Source: a virus
Direction: 5' to 3' (one strand)
DNA: 64,000 nucleotides
IMG/VR virus record: IMGVR_UViG_3300028025_006304
Coordinates: 54,603-118,602 of that record
The notes beneath the pieces were generated by a model. The model had not been told where the DNA came from and searched no databases. It worked only from the letters and a program-made list of their open reading frames with translations. Below, in pieces: positions 20,901-29,978 of this stretch. Position 1 is the stretch's first letter. Each line of letters opens with the position of its first letter. The position numbers were made by a program, and so were the translations under genes.

Positions 20901-22766
20901 TTATAATGTTACTACTCTACCTTGAATGTCTGTGTTAGGATATTTTACTTCAAAAATCATAGGATCAATTGAAGGATAAACCACATTATTAATAGTTGCA
21001 CCTGGAATATCATATGCAAATTCAGAATAACCTAAATCTATTCCTGCTTTATTTGATATAGTTATATTTTTAACAGTTTGAACACCCTCAATCTCATCTA
21101 AAATAACATATAAATCTCTTAAGATAATAGGCTCATTAATCTGCCAATTTTTAATAGCAAAAAAATCTTGCATTGCTAATATACACCTTGTAAGTACTTC
21201 ATTTGAATTATAATTAGGAAGTACTATAATATCAAAATTAATTCCAATATTAATAATAAAGGCGTCTTTAATGCTAATTGAATCGTTTACCATTCTATAT
21301 TGAGAAAGATAAGTAGATAAATTTTGCTTAAGAGCAAGAGAAGCAGTTCTTAATTTACTATTAATATCAAATGATAAAACATATAAATCAAGCACCGAAG
21401 CAGCCGCCCCTGAAGCTACTGATTGGGCTTTAGTAGGTTCAATGTAAGCTTTAGCTATAACACCAAATTTAGCTGTCATCGATAATGCTCTTACTAAATA
21501 ATCATCTTGGGTTACGTTACGTAATTGAGTTGCAAAATTAGCTGAAGCATTCTGTCTAATCTCCTCAGTTGTGTCTCCATCTCCACCCCCATCAGCAGCT
21601 GTTAAATTGTTAACAGCTAAGGTTCCAAATATATAATTAGCGGTATTAGCCGTTAAATTATTGTTTAAGAATTGGGGAGTACCGCTTGTAATTGACGTAA
21701 TTGTATTAGCTGGTACATTGGCTGAAACTCCTCCTCCCGTTAAGTATCTAACGGTTAAAGTAGTATTTGAAGGAGCAATACCATAATTCCGGGTAAAAGT
21801 AAAATTAGAGGGAGAAAAAGCAGTTGTAAGCTTATCTATTTCAAAAGGTAAACCTAAACCAACGTTATCCGAGTTAGGTAAAATTTCCTCATCAGTATCT
21901 GTATAAGTACCAGCACCAAATTGTAATTGAAGGAGGGTATTATTTAAGAAACGAGATGTAAATCTTCTTTGTACTGCTCTAAGTTGTAAAAGATATGGTG
22001 TATCACCTTGATATTGTGATAGATTAGGATCGTTTACATTAGTATTTTTAATAGAGTCAAATACTGTATCTTGAGCTAAATAATCTACCTCATACCAAGT
22101 ATTACCATTAGAATCTACTATATCTAAAATACCTACAATATTTGGAGAAGATATTTCTACAGTTGAAAACTGTTGAGGAGTTCCAAATGAGAATGATGTA
22201 GTGTTAATAGTTGAAGAAATTGCCTTGCGAGTTTTCTTTATTAAATAATAATCTACTACAGCACCCCCACTTGAAACTTGATATACAGTTACTTCTGTAG
22301 GATCACCTGAAGATGAAACACTAAAATCAACTGGATCTTCTATAATGAAAGAAACATTATCAGGAGATGTAGAAGATACTACAGTGTTAGCTGGGATAAA
22401 TAAAGCATATGAAAAATCAGGCTCATAACTTCCACCAGTAAATATAGCTGGGACTTGTTGATAAAAATCTACATCAACTGTAGCAACCTGCGTTACATTT
22501 GGTTTGTAACCAAACATATAAGCTAGCTCATACAAATTATTAGTTTGACGGGCATATTGCAAGTATGTTTCTTGAATTTGATTGTCTAAATAGAAAGACA
22601 TAACATCACCTACATAAGATGCCATCTCCATAAACATCATACCGGGTGATGATGGAGAGAAGTCATTATAGGTTGTAGGAAAATAAGTACGAGCATAGTT
22701 AATTAAACTTGCTCTTAACTCGGTAAAATCCTTGTTTATATATTGTATGTTACGTCTTATGGCCAT
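20901..22766 (-). CDS. Baseplate wedge subunit, T4 gp6-like
   Basis: INKDFTELRASL N-terminus; YLTGGGVSANV; GGGDGDTTEEIRQNA; RNVTQDDY. Confidence 0.85.
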   Translation of the reverse strand: MAIRRNIQYINKDFTELRASLINYARTYFPTTYNDFSPSSPGMMFMEMASYVGDVMSFYLDNQIQETYLQYARQTNNLYELAYMFGYKPNVTQVATVDVDFYQQVPAIFTGGSYEPDFSYALFIPANTVVSSTSPDNVSFIIEDPVDFSVSSSGDPTEVTVYQVSSGGAVVDYYLIKKTRKAISSTINTTSFSFGTPQQFSTVEISSPNIVGILDIVDSNGNTWYEVDYLAQDTVFDSIKNTNVNDPNLSQYQGDTPYLLQLRAVQRRFTSRFLNNTLLQLQFGAGTYTDTDEEILPNSDNVGLGLPFEIDKLTTAFSPSNFTFTRNYGIAPSNTTLTVRYLTGGGVSANVPANTITSITSGTPQFLNNNLTANTANYIFGTLAVNNLTAADGGGDGDTTEEIRQNASANFATQLRNVTQDDYLVRALSMTAKFGVIAKAYIEPTKAQSVASGAAASVLDLYVLSFDINSKLRTASLALKQNLSTYLSQYRMVNDSISIKDAFIINIGINFDIIVLPNYNSNEVLTRCILAMQDFFAIKNWQINEPIILRDLYVILDEIEGVQTVKNITISNKAGIDLGYSEFAYDIPGATINNVVYPSIDPMIFEVKYPNTDIQGRVVTL

Positions 22767-23173
22767 TAGTTAAATGCTATTTGAATTTCATCTGATATAG
22801 CGGTATCTATAACATTGTAAGTTAAGGATACTGTTATAGTGTTAGTATCTGGGTCTTGGAATATATCTAAACTAGCTACTATCACATTAGGGAAGAAACG
22901 AGATAGTTGTGATTGAATATTTTCTTTAAGACCGTCTAAATTACCAGTAGTAATTTGTTCAAAAATAAAAGCTCTTAAACCTGAACCAAATGTAGGATTA
23001 AGATATCTTTCGGGTGGGTTGGTTAAGAAAAAATTTATAAGATTATTTCTTATAGCATCTTTTGTAGTATATGTAGAATAAAAAACACCTGGAGCATTAA
23101 AAGGGATAGCGACACCAACAGCCGTTCCTGGCTTAGTATCGATTGGGAATATTTTTTGTGCTCCGAATGCCAT
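22766..23173 (-). CDS. Baseplate wedge subunit, T4 gp25-like
   Basis: AIRNNLINFFLTNPPERYLNPTFGSGL signature. Confidence 0.85.
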   Translation of the reverse strand: MAFGAQKIFPIDTKPGTAVGVAIPFNAPGVFYSTYTTKDAIRNNLINFFLTNPPERYLNPTFGSGLRAFIFEQITTGNLDGLKENIQSQLSRFFPNVIVASLDIFQDPDTNTITVSLTYNVIDTAISDEIQIAFN

Positions 23174-23174
23174 T

Positions 23175-23582
23175 TTATTTCTTGCCCATTAAGCCCATAA
23201 TCATATCTAAACCAACATTACCTGAAGGTAAAGCGGATCCTTCACCTGATGTGTTCATCCCAGGAGCTACTTGTAGAGTTGTTTGGTTTATACCTGCTCC
23301 TCTAGCATCGGATGAATTAAATGAGAGAGTATCTTGCCCTCTTCGCATATCTCCCATAATACTTTCCATCATAGCTCTTTTTTCAGTTGCTGATGTAGTA
23401 CTTGGTTGAGCTGCTATTGGAGTGCTCGTAGTAGCTATCCCATATCCAATTCCTCCTACAGGAGCTTCCATTATTGGAGTCTTAGGAGCACGAACTGCTT
23501 CCAAAAGGATATCTTTTAATTCCTCTTGGATAGCTTCTCTAACTGCTTCTTTAATAAATGATTTTAATTCGCTCGGTTTCAT
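23175..23582 (-). CDS. Hypothetical protein, candidate head-internal protein
   Basis: N-terminus MKPSELKSFIKEAVREAIQEE; late motif 5 nt upstream. Confidence 0.65.
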   Translation of the reverse strand: MKPSELKSFIKEAVREAIQEELKDILLEAVRAPKTPIMEAPVGGIGYGIATTSTPIAAQPSTTSATEKRAMMESIMGDMRRGQDTLSFNSSDARGAGINQTTLQVAPGMNTSGEGSALPSGNVGLDMIMGLMGKK

Positions 23583-23586
23583 CTGT

Positions 23587-23594
23587 TATAAATA
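23587..23594 (-). promoter_or_regulatory. Candidate late promoter TATTTATA
   Basis: Sits in an 18-nt intergenic gap. Confidence 0.5.
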
Positions 23595-23600
23595 TTGAAT

Positions 23601-24446
23601 TTAATAAGCTTTTAAATTGTCTCTGCTAATAATTAATTTAAGTTCATCAATTAATGTTTGATCGTTAGTTGTAAACGATAGGGGTGTCTCTATTAAAGGT
23701 ATACCTGATTGGTTAAATGCAACTGCTTTTCTACGAGTAACAGTAGAGCTGAAAGGTACTTCCTCTATTTTGAATATAAAACCTTGATAAGTTGAATCAT
23801 TTACAGATTGTTGATTATCTGTTATTATCTTTTGAAGATTATCACTTACAGGGTTTAGGGTTTGGTTGGGTTGCAAACACAGTGAAAGTGCCGCGTCTAA
23901 AGAATTTAAAATAGTTACTACATTTTTTACAAAAGATGATACTATATTTAAAGCGATTGCTAAAGTATCTAGATCTTGTTTTCTTTTAACTAATTTAGAT
24001 TCACCTAAAGAATTAAAAGTTAACTTATCTGATAAATCTCCTAAATCACTTAACAAAGCAGGAATTGCTCCTGGAAGACCAAAAGGTATTGCTTTGGCGG
24101 CAGTTGAGGTTGCTATTCGGCTTAAATTAATCCCTCTAATAGTAGCTAAAAGAGTATTAAAGGTTACATTAACTCCAGCATATGTTTTAGTAGTAGTATC
24201 TAAAAATAATCCAAACTTGTTTAAAAATCCTACTATATTATTTCGTTTATCTAAAATACTTTGTAGTAAAACAGGATCGGGGCAAGTACCGTCTGTAGGG
24301 ATTTGTTTTAGTAAATTTTCTAAGGGTACTTTAATTAAATTCTCGTTATCTGATGTTTTTTTAATCAGAAGTAAAGACAATTTTACTAACGCTGATTTGG
24401 GATCAAAGATACCATTTTGTATAGAAGTTATATCAATCCCAGCCAT
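23601..24446 (-). CDS. Hypothetical protein
   Basis: 281-aa ORF overlapping its neighbour by 1 nt. Confidence 0.65.
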   Translation of the reverse strand: MAGIDITSIQNGIFDPKSALVKLSLLLIKKTSDNENLIKVPLENLLKQIPTDGTCPDPVLLQSILDKRNNIVGFLNKFGLFLDTTTKTYAGVNVTFNTLLATIRGINLSRIATSTAAKAIPFGLPGAIPALLSDLGDLSDKLTFNSLGESKLVKRKQDLDTLAIALNIVSSFVKNVVTILNSLDAALSLCLQPNQTLNPVSDNLQKIITDNQQSVNDSTYQGFIFKIEEVPFSSTVTRRKAVAFNQSGIPLIETPLSFTTNDQTLIDELKLIISRDNLKAY

Positions 24447-25645
24447 TACAGAGTTTTGCTTATATTTGATTTAGTTGTAGTCTCTAATTGAACCTTTAAG
24501 GTTGTTAGATAAGTTATAAACTGAGCAGCTGCTGCTGTAACTGAAGGAAGTGGGGTATTTACCAAAGCGGAGCTTAAAAGAGATAATTGGTCTACTAATT
24601 GAGTTAAAAGAGTTATAGTAGTATCACCGTAAAGTAGTGGTTGTACCGCATTAACCCCACCTAATAACACACTATTAGATTGAATCACCGACTGTGGTGA
24701 ATCAACATTAAAGCCGTTTAAAGCATTGATATTTACAGTTTTAGTTGATGATAAAAGTAAATGATCTTCGGTAGTATTAAATACTAAACGACCTGAGTTT
24801 AGAATAAGCTGTTTACCAGAGTACTCATTAGGTTGAATTGGTGGATTAGAAGTATAACTAGAATAAGAGATACTAGCTGCTTCTAAAGGTATTTTTTGGG
24901 TACTAGTAAAATAAACAGAAGTATCATCATTATTAATATCTTCTACAGTAGGTATCCATCCTTCCTCTGTTTGGTTACCTTGCCCATTACGAATAATAGT
25001 AATAGGGTCACCGTTTGTACCTGTTGAAGACCATGTATTAGGAGTGTTTTTAACAGTAGATCCTAAACGGATTGAATTACCCCACCTACCCTCAAAAATT
25101 CTATCTCCCTCAAATGGTAAGAGTGGATGTATATTTCCTCTTTCAACAAATGTTCTCCCTAAAAATACTTCAGTAGATTGATCGGTTACTCTTCTTACAC
25201 TACCTAATTCTGTCTCAACATAATCTTTTTGTTGTGATGGAGGTAATATATTAGAGTTTTGAGGAAAAGCATTATGGTGGGGATGATTCCAAATACCCAC
25301 AACACTCATATAATAAGCTGTCTTAGATGAAGTAAATTCTCCTATATCAGTATTTGGGTAAGAAGAGATAAGAACTATCTCATTTATTAAAGGTAAACTT
25401 CTAGTAGAAGGATCATAGGGTTTAGCTGTAGGGTAAGATTGGTTTATAGATACGGGTTGGTCAACTAAAGTATATTCTATTGTACCTAAACCATTCCATT
25501 CACCAAGTTCTTTCCAACGTGGGTGGGTTTCATCTAGTACTATACTAACTACTCTACCAACATTTTGGACTGGGAAAGCTATAGAAAATCTTGATTTATC
25601 AAATAAAGCCCCTAAAACTCCACCTGATCTACTTGTTTTAGCCAT
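24446..25645 (-). CDS. Baseplate hub/central spike, gp5-like
   Basis: N-terminal OB-like region with PLINEIV; GDRIFEGRWGNSIRLGS; C-terminal beta-helix-like stretch; near gp25. Confidence 0.55.
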   Translation of the reverse strand: MAKTSRSGGVLGALFDKSRFSIAFPVQNVGRVVSIVLDETHPRWKELGEWNGLGTIEYTLVDQPVSINQSYPTAKPYDPSTRSLPLINEIVLISSYPNTDIGEFTSSKTAYYMSVVGIWNHPHHNAFPQNSNILPPSQQKDYVETELGSVRRVTDQSTEVFLGRTFVERGNIHPLLPFEGDRIFEGRWGNSIRLGSTVKNTPNTWSSTGTNGDPITIIRNGQGNQTEEGWIPTVEDINNDDTSVYFTSTQKIPLEAASISYSSYTSNPPIQPNEYSGKQLILNSGRLVFNTTEDHLLLSSTKTVNINALNGFNVDSPQSVIQSNSVLLGGVNAVQPLLYGDTTITLLTQLVDQLSLLSSALVNTPLPSVTAAAAQFITYLTTLKVQLETTTKSNISKTL

Positions 25646-25980
25646 TACTCCTCAGTTTTAAACTTGCTTATCTCATCAAGTAGTTGTTGTTTTTCTTCAT
25701 CAGAGATACCTAACGCACTTTCTCCACCTTCACTATTCATAGCACGTTGAGCTAGGGCAGCCATTTTAATTAAGAGATCATCGTTTTTAACTCCTATTTC
25801 CATATATTCTTTAATTAATGGAACTAAAAGAGTAGCATCACCTATTTCTTCAATCATAGGTTTTAGCTCATTGATGAGGGCAGTTACCTGCTTATCTTTT
25901 TTCTGTTGGTTATTGTAAATCTCCTCTAGGACATTTCCAAAAGTTTTATTTTTGAATATTACTTTATCAAACTGGCTCAT
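25645..25980 (-). CDS. Hypothetical helical protein
   Basis: 111-aa ORF with the late motif at 25984-25991. Confidence 0.65.
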   Translation of the reverse strand: MSQFDKVIFKNKTFGNVLEEIYNNQQKKDKQVTALINELKPMIEEIGDATLLVPLIKEYMEIGVKNDDLLIKMAALAQRAMNSEGGESALGISDEEKQQLLDEISKFKTEE

Positions 25981-25994
25981 GGTTATAAATATAT

Positions 25995-26714
25995 TTATTT
26001 AAACTCTACATAACCGTGTTCTAGATAATATATATAGTTAGATCTGAATATATTGTATAATTGGTTTGCTATCTTAGTTATTTTTGGTGTTTTAGCGTCT
26101 ACCTGTTCACGAATATAAATGTATAGTGCTTTTTTATTAAAGACGTCTATACTGTCGCGCTTACGGAATAGTTCTAGGATAGCATCTGCAATTTGAGCAT
26201 CCTCATCTTTGGGAAATAACTCAAAAATATTATCAGTACAGTAAGTTGTAAACTCATCTATATAATATGAGAGTTTATCATCATGAGCATTACTTAATGT
26301 TTCTTCAATTTGATAAGAATATTTTTCATTCTCATCTAATCCTTCAACTGGTACCTTATCAATTCTTCGTTTATAGTTTCGCGTGTTTGATATAATTAAA
26401 TATCTTTTAGCAATTGTACCAAAATAAGAGTATGCTTTAGATCCTCTACTTTGATCATATAAGTGTATTTTAGAAAGAAGGAAAGTAATTACCTCGTGTT
26501 GAAGATCTTCAATGTTTTCTACCTCAGTATAGTAGAATTTAAAGGTATGGATAATATTTTCAGTAAGTTTAAAAAAAGCATAGTGAATATATCTGTGATA
26601 TATTTTTTCTTTTTCTAAAGGATTTGTTGATTTATTATACCTTACAATCGAATCTTCTGTTTCTTGAGTAAAGTATTGTATGCCTTTTTTCCTTTTTGGA
26701 GCTATTTCACTCAT
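25995..26714 (-). CDS. Sigma-like late transcription factor, T4 gp55-like
   Basis: FKLTENIIH...DLQHEVITFLLSKIHLYD...KAYSYFGTIAKRYLI resembles sigma region 2. Confidence 0.7.
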   Translation of the reverse strand: MSEIAPKRKKGIQYFTQETEDSIVRYNKSTNPLEKEKIYHRYIHYAFFKLTENIIHTFKFYYTEVENIEDLQHEVITFLLSKIHLYDQSRGSKAYSYFGTIAKRYLIISNTRNYKRRIDKVPVEGLDENEKYSYQIEETLSNAHDDKLSYYIDEFTTYCTDNIFELFPKDEDAQIADAILELFRKRDSIDVFNKKALYIYIREQVDAKTPKITKIANQLYNIFRSNYIYYLEHGYVEFK

Positions 26715-27004
26715 AGTTTAATATTGTATGGTCTTATCATTTCGTTTAACATTTTAAGCCTTTCAAAGAAAAAACCTACTTCATCATCGCTTTTAAAGGT
26801 GCCTTTAGCATCTACTTCATCAATTCTTTTAGTCATAAATTCTACTGTACTACCTAAACCATTAATGTAGTCTTGGTAGGATATAATAGCGTCTTGCCTC
26901 CGTTTTAGTTCATCCTCACTTTGTTCAACCTTACGTAAAAGGTTAAAGGTCGTGAATCCTAGGACCACGACCACAACCAAAAGTATAATAATTAAAATTA
27001 TCAT
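26711..27004 (-). CDS. Membrane-anchored coiled-coil protein
   Basis: Hydrophobic N-terminus MIILIIILLVVVVVLGF. Confidence 0.65.
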   Translation of the reverse strand: MIILIIILLVVVVVLGFTTFNLLRKVEQSEDELKRRQDAIISYQDYINGLGSTVEFMTKRIDEVDAKGTFKSDDEVGFFFERLKMLNEMIRPYNIKL

Positions 27005-27777
27005 ATACTGTCTAATAAATTTTTTAGTCCTTCACTTTTAACACCACTAAGTGCTTTTTGTTTAGCTGCGGCCGGAACAAACCTTCGGGTTTCTTTATTA
27101 GAGGTATCCTTAACAGATTTATTACCTTGTAGTTTAGGTAACCATTCACGCTCAAACTCAATACGAGCAGCCATCATATCAGCAAAGTGAAGTACAAATG
27201 GGAGACAAGTACGTGGTTTTTGCTCGGGCATATAAGTCATAAGATATTTTTTGTTTGCCTCATCATACAAACCATCGTGTGTTTGAATAGCTAACATCTC
27301 ATTGAACGTATACTGGATACCATGTGATTGGAGCATGAACAAACCACGGTCTGGAACTGAAGCAAATGCGAGTTTAGTGTTGAACATATAGTCTTCACCT
27401 AGCTTATCTTTACGCCATTGATCAGTTTGTGGAATGTAGGATTCGTGTTGATCGTCTCCCATCTTACCTAAATCGTGATTGATAGCAGCAAATACTAGTT
27501 CTTCAACAGTATATCCTGACACATCAGCATCTTCATCTGCCCATAGTTGGTGTTGTTTTAGAGAACAACGTACAACACGAATTACGTGTTCCACATAACC
27601 CCCAGGAAAAGCATTATGGTATTCTTTTTTATGAGCAGCAGGCATGAGCATAACGCGCTCAGCATACTGATCATAGAATTCAAGTAGTTTTTCTTTACGG
27701 GGTGAGGAAATATGTTCCTCAATAATACCCAAAAATACGTTCCAATTGTTTTGGATTTGTTCAGCAGTAAGATTCAT
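27001..27777 (-). CDS. HD-domain phosphohydrolase
   Basis: YHNAFPGGYVEH, INHDLGK, THDG, LHFAD. Confidence 0.85.
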   Translation of the reverse strand: MNLTAEQIQNNWNVFLGIIEEHISSPRKEKLLEFYDQYAERVMLMPAAHKKEYHNAFPGGYVEHVIRVVRCSLKQHQLWADEDADVSGYTVEELVFAAINHDLGKMGDDQHESYIPQTDQWRKDKLGEDYMFNTKLAFASVPDRGLFMLQSHGIQYTFNEMLAIQTHDGLYDEANKKYLMTYMPEQKPRTCLPFVLHFADMMAARIEFEREWLPKLQGNKSVKDTSNKETRRFVPAAAKQKALSGVKSEGLKNLLDSI

Positions 27778-27791
27778 AACTTTAATTTAAA

Positions 27792-27965
27792 TTAGTTTTG
27801 ACGTTGAACCATCATCTTAAGATCTTCAACTACTTCTTCTGCGCTAGCAATAAGTTGATGATATTGTTCTGTGGTTGTTGTGGGGCGTGTAATCATAACT
27901 TTCATGGTTGTTAATTTACCATTAAGTTTTTCTAATTTTTGCATCGCTAAGTCTGGATTTCTCAT
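27792..27965 (-). CDS. Small hypothetical protein
   Basis: Start trimmed to MRNPDLAMQKL. Confidence 0.45.
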   Translation of the reverse strand: MRNPDLAMQKLEKLNGKLTTMKVMITRPTTTTEQYHQLIASAEEVVEDLKMMVQRQN

Positions 27966-28020
27966 AATAGAATATTTTTGTTGGGTTATAAGGTAATATA
28001 GATGTATGTGGGAATCAAGT

Positions 28021-28458
28021 TTACTTGATAAATTTCTCAACTATATCTTGGATTTGTTTTAAATGAGCACATTTCTCGTACTCTTCTTTTTGTTCAAAGA
28101 ATTTAATAGCTATAACTAAGGCAAATACTAAATCATCATCAGCAAAAGTTTTTATAGCATCTACATCTACTTTACACTTTAAGTTTAATTTAGAGGCGTA
28201 AAACCACACTCTTGAATAAGTAACTAAATCAGCTATATCATCTAAACCAGCTATCTCTTTAACTAACTGTTCAGGGAGATGGTGTTTAAGTTGGTGGTAG
28301 AAAGTCTTATTATTTAAGACAATTTTTTTAAGCATTCCTATCCAAAATATGGGAGTCTCTTGAATTAAAATCAGTTCATTAGCTGCCTTAGCTTTTTGTT
28401 CTAAGGGAGTATCAAATTCTGTTGAATTGAATAGATTAAATATTTTATTTATATCCAT
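28021..28458 (-). CDS. Protein with C-terminal UVR-like motif
   Basis: EEYEKCAHLKQI; start trimmed to MDINK. Confidence 0.6.
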   Translation of the reverse strand: MDINKIFNLFNSTEFDTPLEQKAKAANELILIQETPIFWIGMLKKIVLNNKTFYHQLKHHLPEQLVKEIAGLDDIADLVTYSRVWFYASKLNLKCKVDVDAIKTFADDDLVFALVIAIKFFEQKEEYEKCAHLKQIQDIVEKFIK

Positions 28459-28493
28459 TTGCATATACATATATGCGTAGATCAAAAATTATT

Positions 28494-28567
28494 TGAGCCT
28501 TCTATAGGACTCGAACCTACAACCTGCTGATTACAAATCAGCTGCACTACCATTGTGCTAAGAAGGC
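28494..28567 (-). tRNA. tRNA-Thr(UGU)
   Basis: Cloverleaf; anticodon arm GCTGA-TTTGTAA-TCAGC; T-loop GTTCGAG; CCA not encoded. Confidence 0.92.
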
Positions 28568-28624
28568 AATTAGTTGTTTTTCGAGTGGAAGGTACAACTT
28601 TAAACCTTTCGGCTAGACTCAGTA

Positions 28625-28774
28625 TTACTCGGCTACTACTGTAGTGTCGGTTACCACTGTAGTGTCAGTAGCTACTACGCTAGTATCAACGGCAGTACCT
28701 TCAACGGTAGATGCCTCGTTAGAACAAGCGACAGCGGCTGCAGCCAATGCGATCACGAAAAATGCATTTTTCAT
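28625..28774 (-). CDS. Small lipoprotein (49 aa), not in the ORF track
   Basis: MKNAFFVIALAAAAVAC lipobox followed by a DTTVV-repeat tail; own promoter cassette at about 28805-28835. Confidence 0.7.
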   Translation of the reverse strand: MKNAFFVIALAAAAVACSNEASTVEGTAVDTSVVATDTTVVTDTTVVAE

Positions 28775-28845
28775 TTGTTTGTTGTTTTATTTATTATTGT
28801 TAATTAAATATACGAATAAAATCTGACATAGCCAAATTTTATTTG

Positions 28846-28919
28846 TGGACCTTGAGGGGCTCGAACCCACGACCAATTGATTATGAGTCAACTGCTCTAA
28901 CCGACTGAGCTAAAGGTCC
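28846..28919 (-). tRNA. tRNA-Ile2(CAU), lysidine type (Met not excluded)
   Basis: GGACCTTTAGCTCAG...GTTGA-CTCATAA-TCAAT; body resembles bacterial Ile2 tRNAs. Confidence 0.85.
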
Positions 28920-28925
28920 GATTAG

Positions 28926-29012
28926 CGGAGGCTCAGGGATTCGAACCCCGGTTACGCTCTCACGTAAGCCTGTTTTCAAGACAGGTGCATTCAACCGCTC
29001 TGCCAAACCTCC
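28926..29012 (-). tRNA. tRNA-Ser(UGA)
   Basis: CCTGT-CTTGAAA-ACAGG; long variable arm; G73. Confidence 0.92.
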
Positions 29013-29016
29013 ATTG

Positions 29017-29138
29017 TAGCCAGGGCTGGATTTGAACCAGCAATACTCAGTATTTAAACTGCTGCACTGTATAATCAAATTAGAAAGTATTTCACGCAGT
29101 AACCTAATTTGATGCGTCTACCATTCCGCCACCTGACT
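29017..29138 (-). ncRNA. tRNA-like RNA with expanded anticodon and variable regions (122 nt)
   Basis: Acceptor AGTCAGG/CCTGGCT, Leu-type D arm, T arm GCTGG-TTCAAAT-CCAGC, 9-bp stem with 20-nt loop. Confidence 0.65.
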
Positions 29139-29142
29139 ATAT

Positions 29143-29243
29143 AAAAGAACAGTTTGTAATGTCAGGGTAGAGCTTACCTACCCTCACCGGGACTCGAACC
29201 CGTTAATACAAACGTACCCCTCATTAGCTACATGTGTTCCTTT
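29143..29243 (-). ncRNA. Structured RNA with T-loop hairpin
   Basis: Closing stem AAAGGAACA/TGTTCTTTT; CGGG-TTCGAGT-CCCG; AGGGTAG-N7-CTACCCT. Confidence 0.5.
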
Positions 29244-29244
29244 G

Positions 29245-29324
29245 TACCGAAGGCGGGACTCGAACCCGCACGCTTAAAGCACTGGTTCCTAAGACCAGCA
29301 TGTCTACCATTCCACCACTTCGGC
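29245..29324 (-). tRNA. tRNA-Leu(UAG)
   Basis: CTGGT-CTTAGGA-ACCAG; Leu-type D loop; A73. Confidence 0.92.
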
Positions 29325-29408
29325 ATTTTCACCAACATATCAAATAACTCATTACTTATCTAATACTATAAATATACGAACCACATCTCGGGTAACCAAA
29401 TTTTACCA

Positions 29409-29870
29409 TTAAACTCTTATAGCATGGTCTGCTGCTCTTGTAGCGATTTGAAGTGCAGGTTTTGTTGTGCTTTTAAAACCCGCTGCTTGTACCCACCCTT
29501 TTGATGCCGCCACTAGTTTATTAGATGCTTTAAACTCATCATCGTTAAAGTCCAAATCGATTGATTCGATTTTAAGTGGACTATTTTCAACTATGAACAA
29601 TGCTGTCTCAATTGACATTTCTGTTTCTCGCCACAAACGCGACCAAAAATCACGAACGATTGGTACTTTGATCTTGTGGTATAAAACGTGACATCCTCTA
29701 CTACGGTACCTTAATACTATAGCTGTACAGTAAACTGTTTCGGGACCCCTGTTTTGTGAGTCGCTACCAACATATATCTTTGTCTCTGGATTAGCTTGCA
29801 CATAATCAAGTAAGTAAGGGATTAGTTGAATTGGTTTATGTGTAGTGCCACTTTTAAAGATTCTGTTCAT
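29409..29870 (-). CDS. RNase H-like protein, YkuK/DUF458 family
   Basis: IYVGSDSQ, ETEMSIE, IDLDFN, ADH acidic tetrad; start trimmed because the longer ORF overlaps tRNA-Tyr. Confidence 0.8.
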   Translation of the reverse strand: MNRIFKSGTTHKPIQLIPYLLDYVQANPETKIYVGSDSQNRGPETVYCTAIVLRYRSRGCHVLYHKIKVPIVRDFWSRLWRETEMSIETALFIVENSPLKIESIDLDFNDDEFKASNKLVAASKGWVQAAGFKSTTKPALQIATRAADHAIRV

Positions 29871-29883
29871 GACCTTATTTTTG

Positions 29884-29965
29884 TGCCTGCAGAAGGACTC
29901 GAACCTCCGAACCCGAATGGGAGCTGATTTACAGTCAGCTGCAATTGCCGCTATGCTATACAGGC
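29884..29965 (-). tRNA. tRNA-Tyr(GUA)
   Basis: GCTGA-CTGTAAA-TCAGC; long variable arm. Confidence 0.92.
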
Positions 29966-29978
29966 TAATAATGTTAGT

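Noticed and set aside
23143-24474. Plus-strand ORFs including the 202-aa one
   Set aside because: Antisense to well-supported minus-strand genes; the same applies to most other plus-strand ORFs in the track
29143-29243. Eighth canonical tRNA suggested by GGGTTCGAGTCCC
   Set aside because: No acceptor, D or anticodon arms in register; reported as a ncRNA candidate instead
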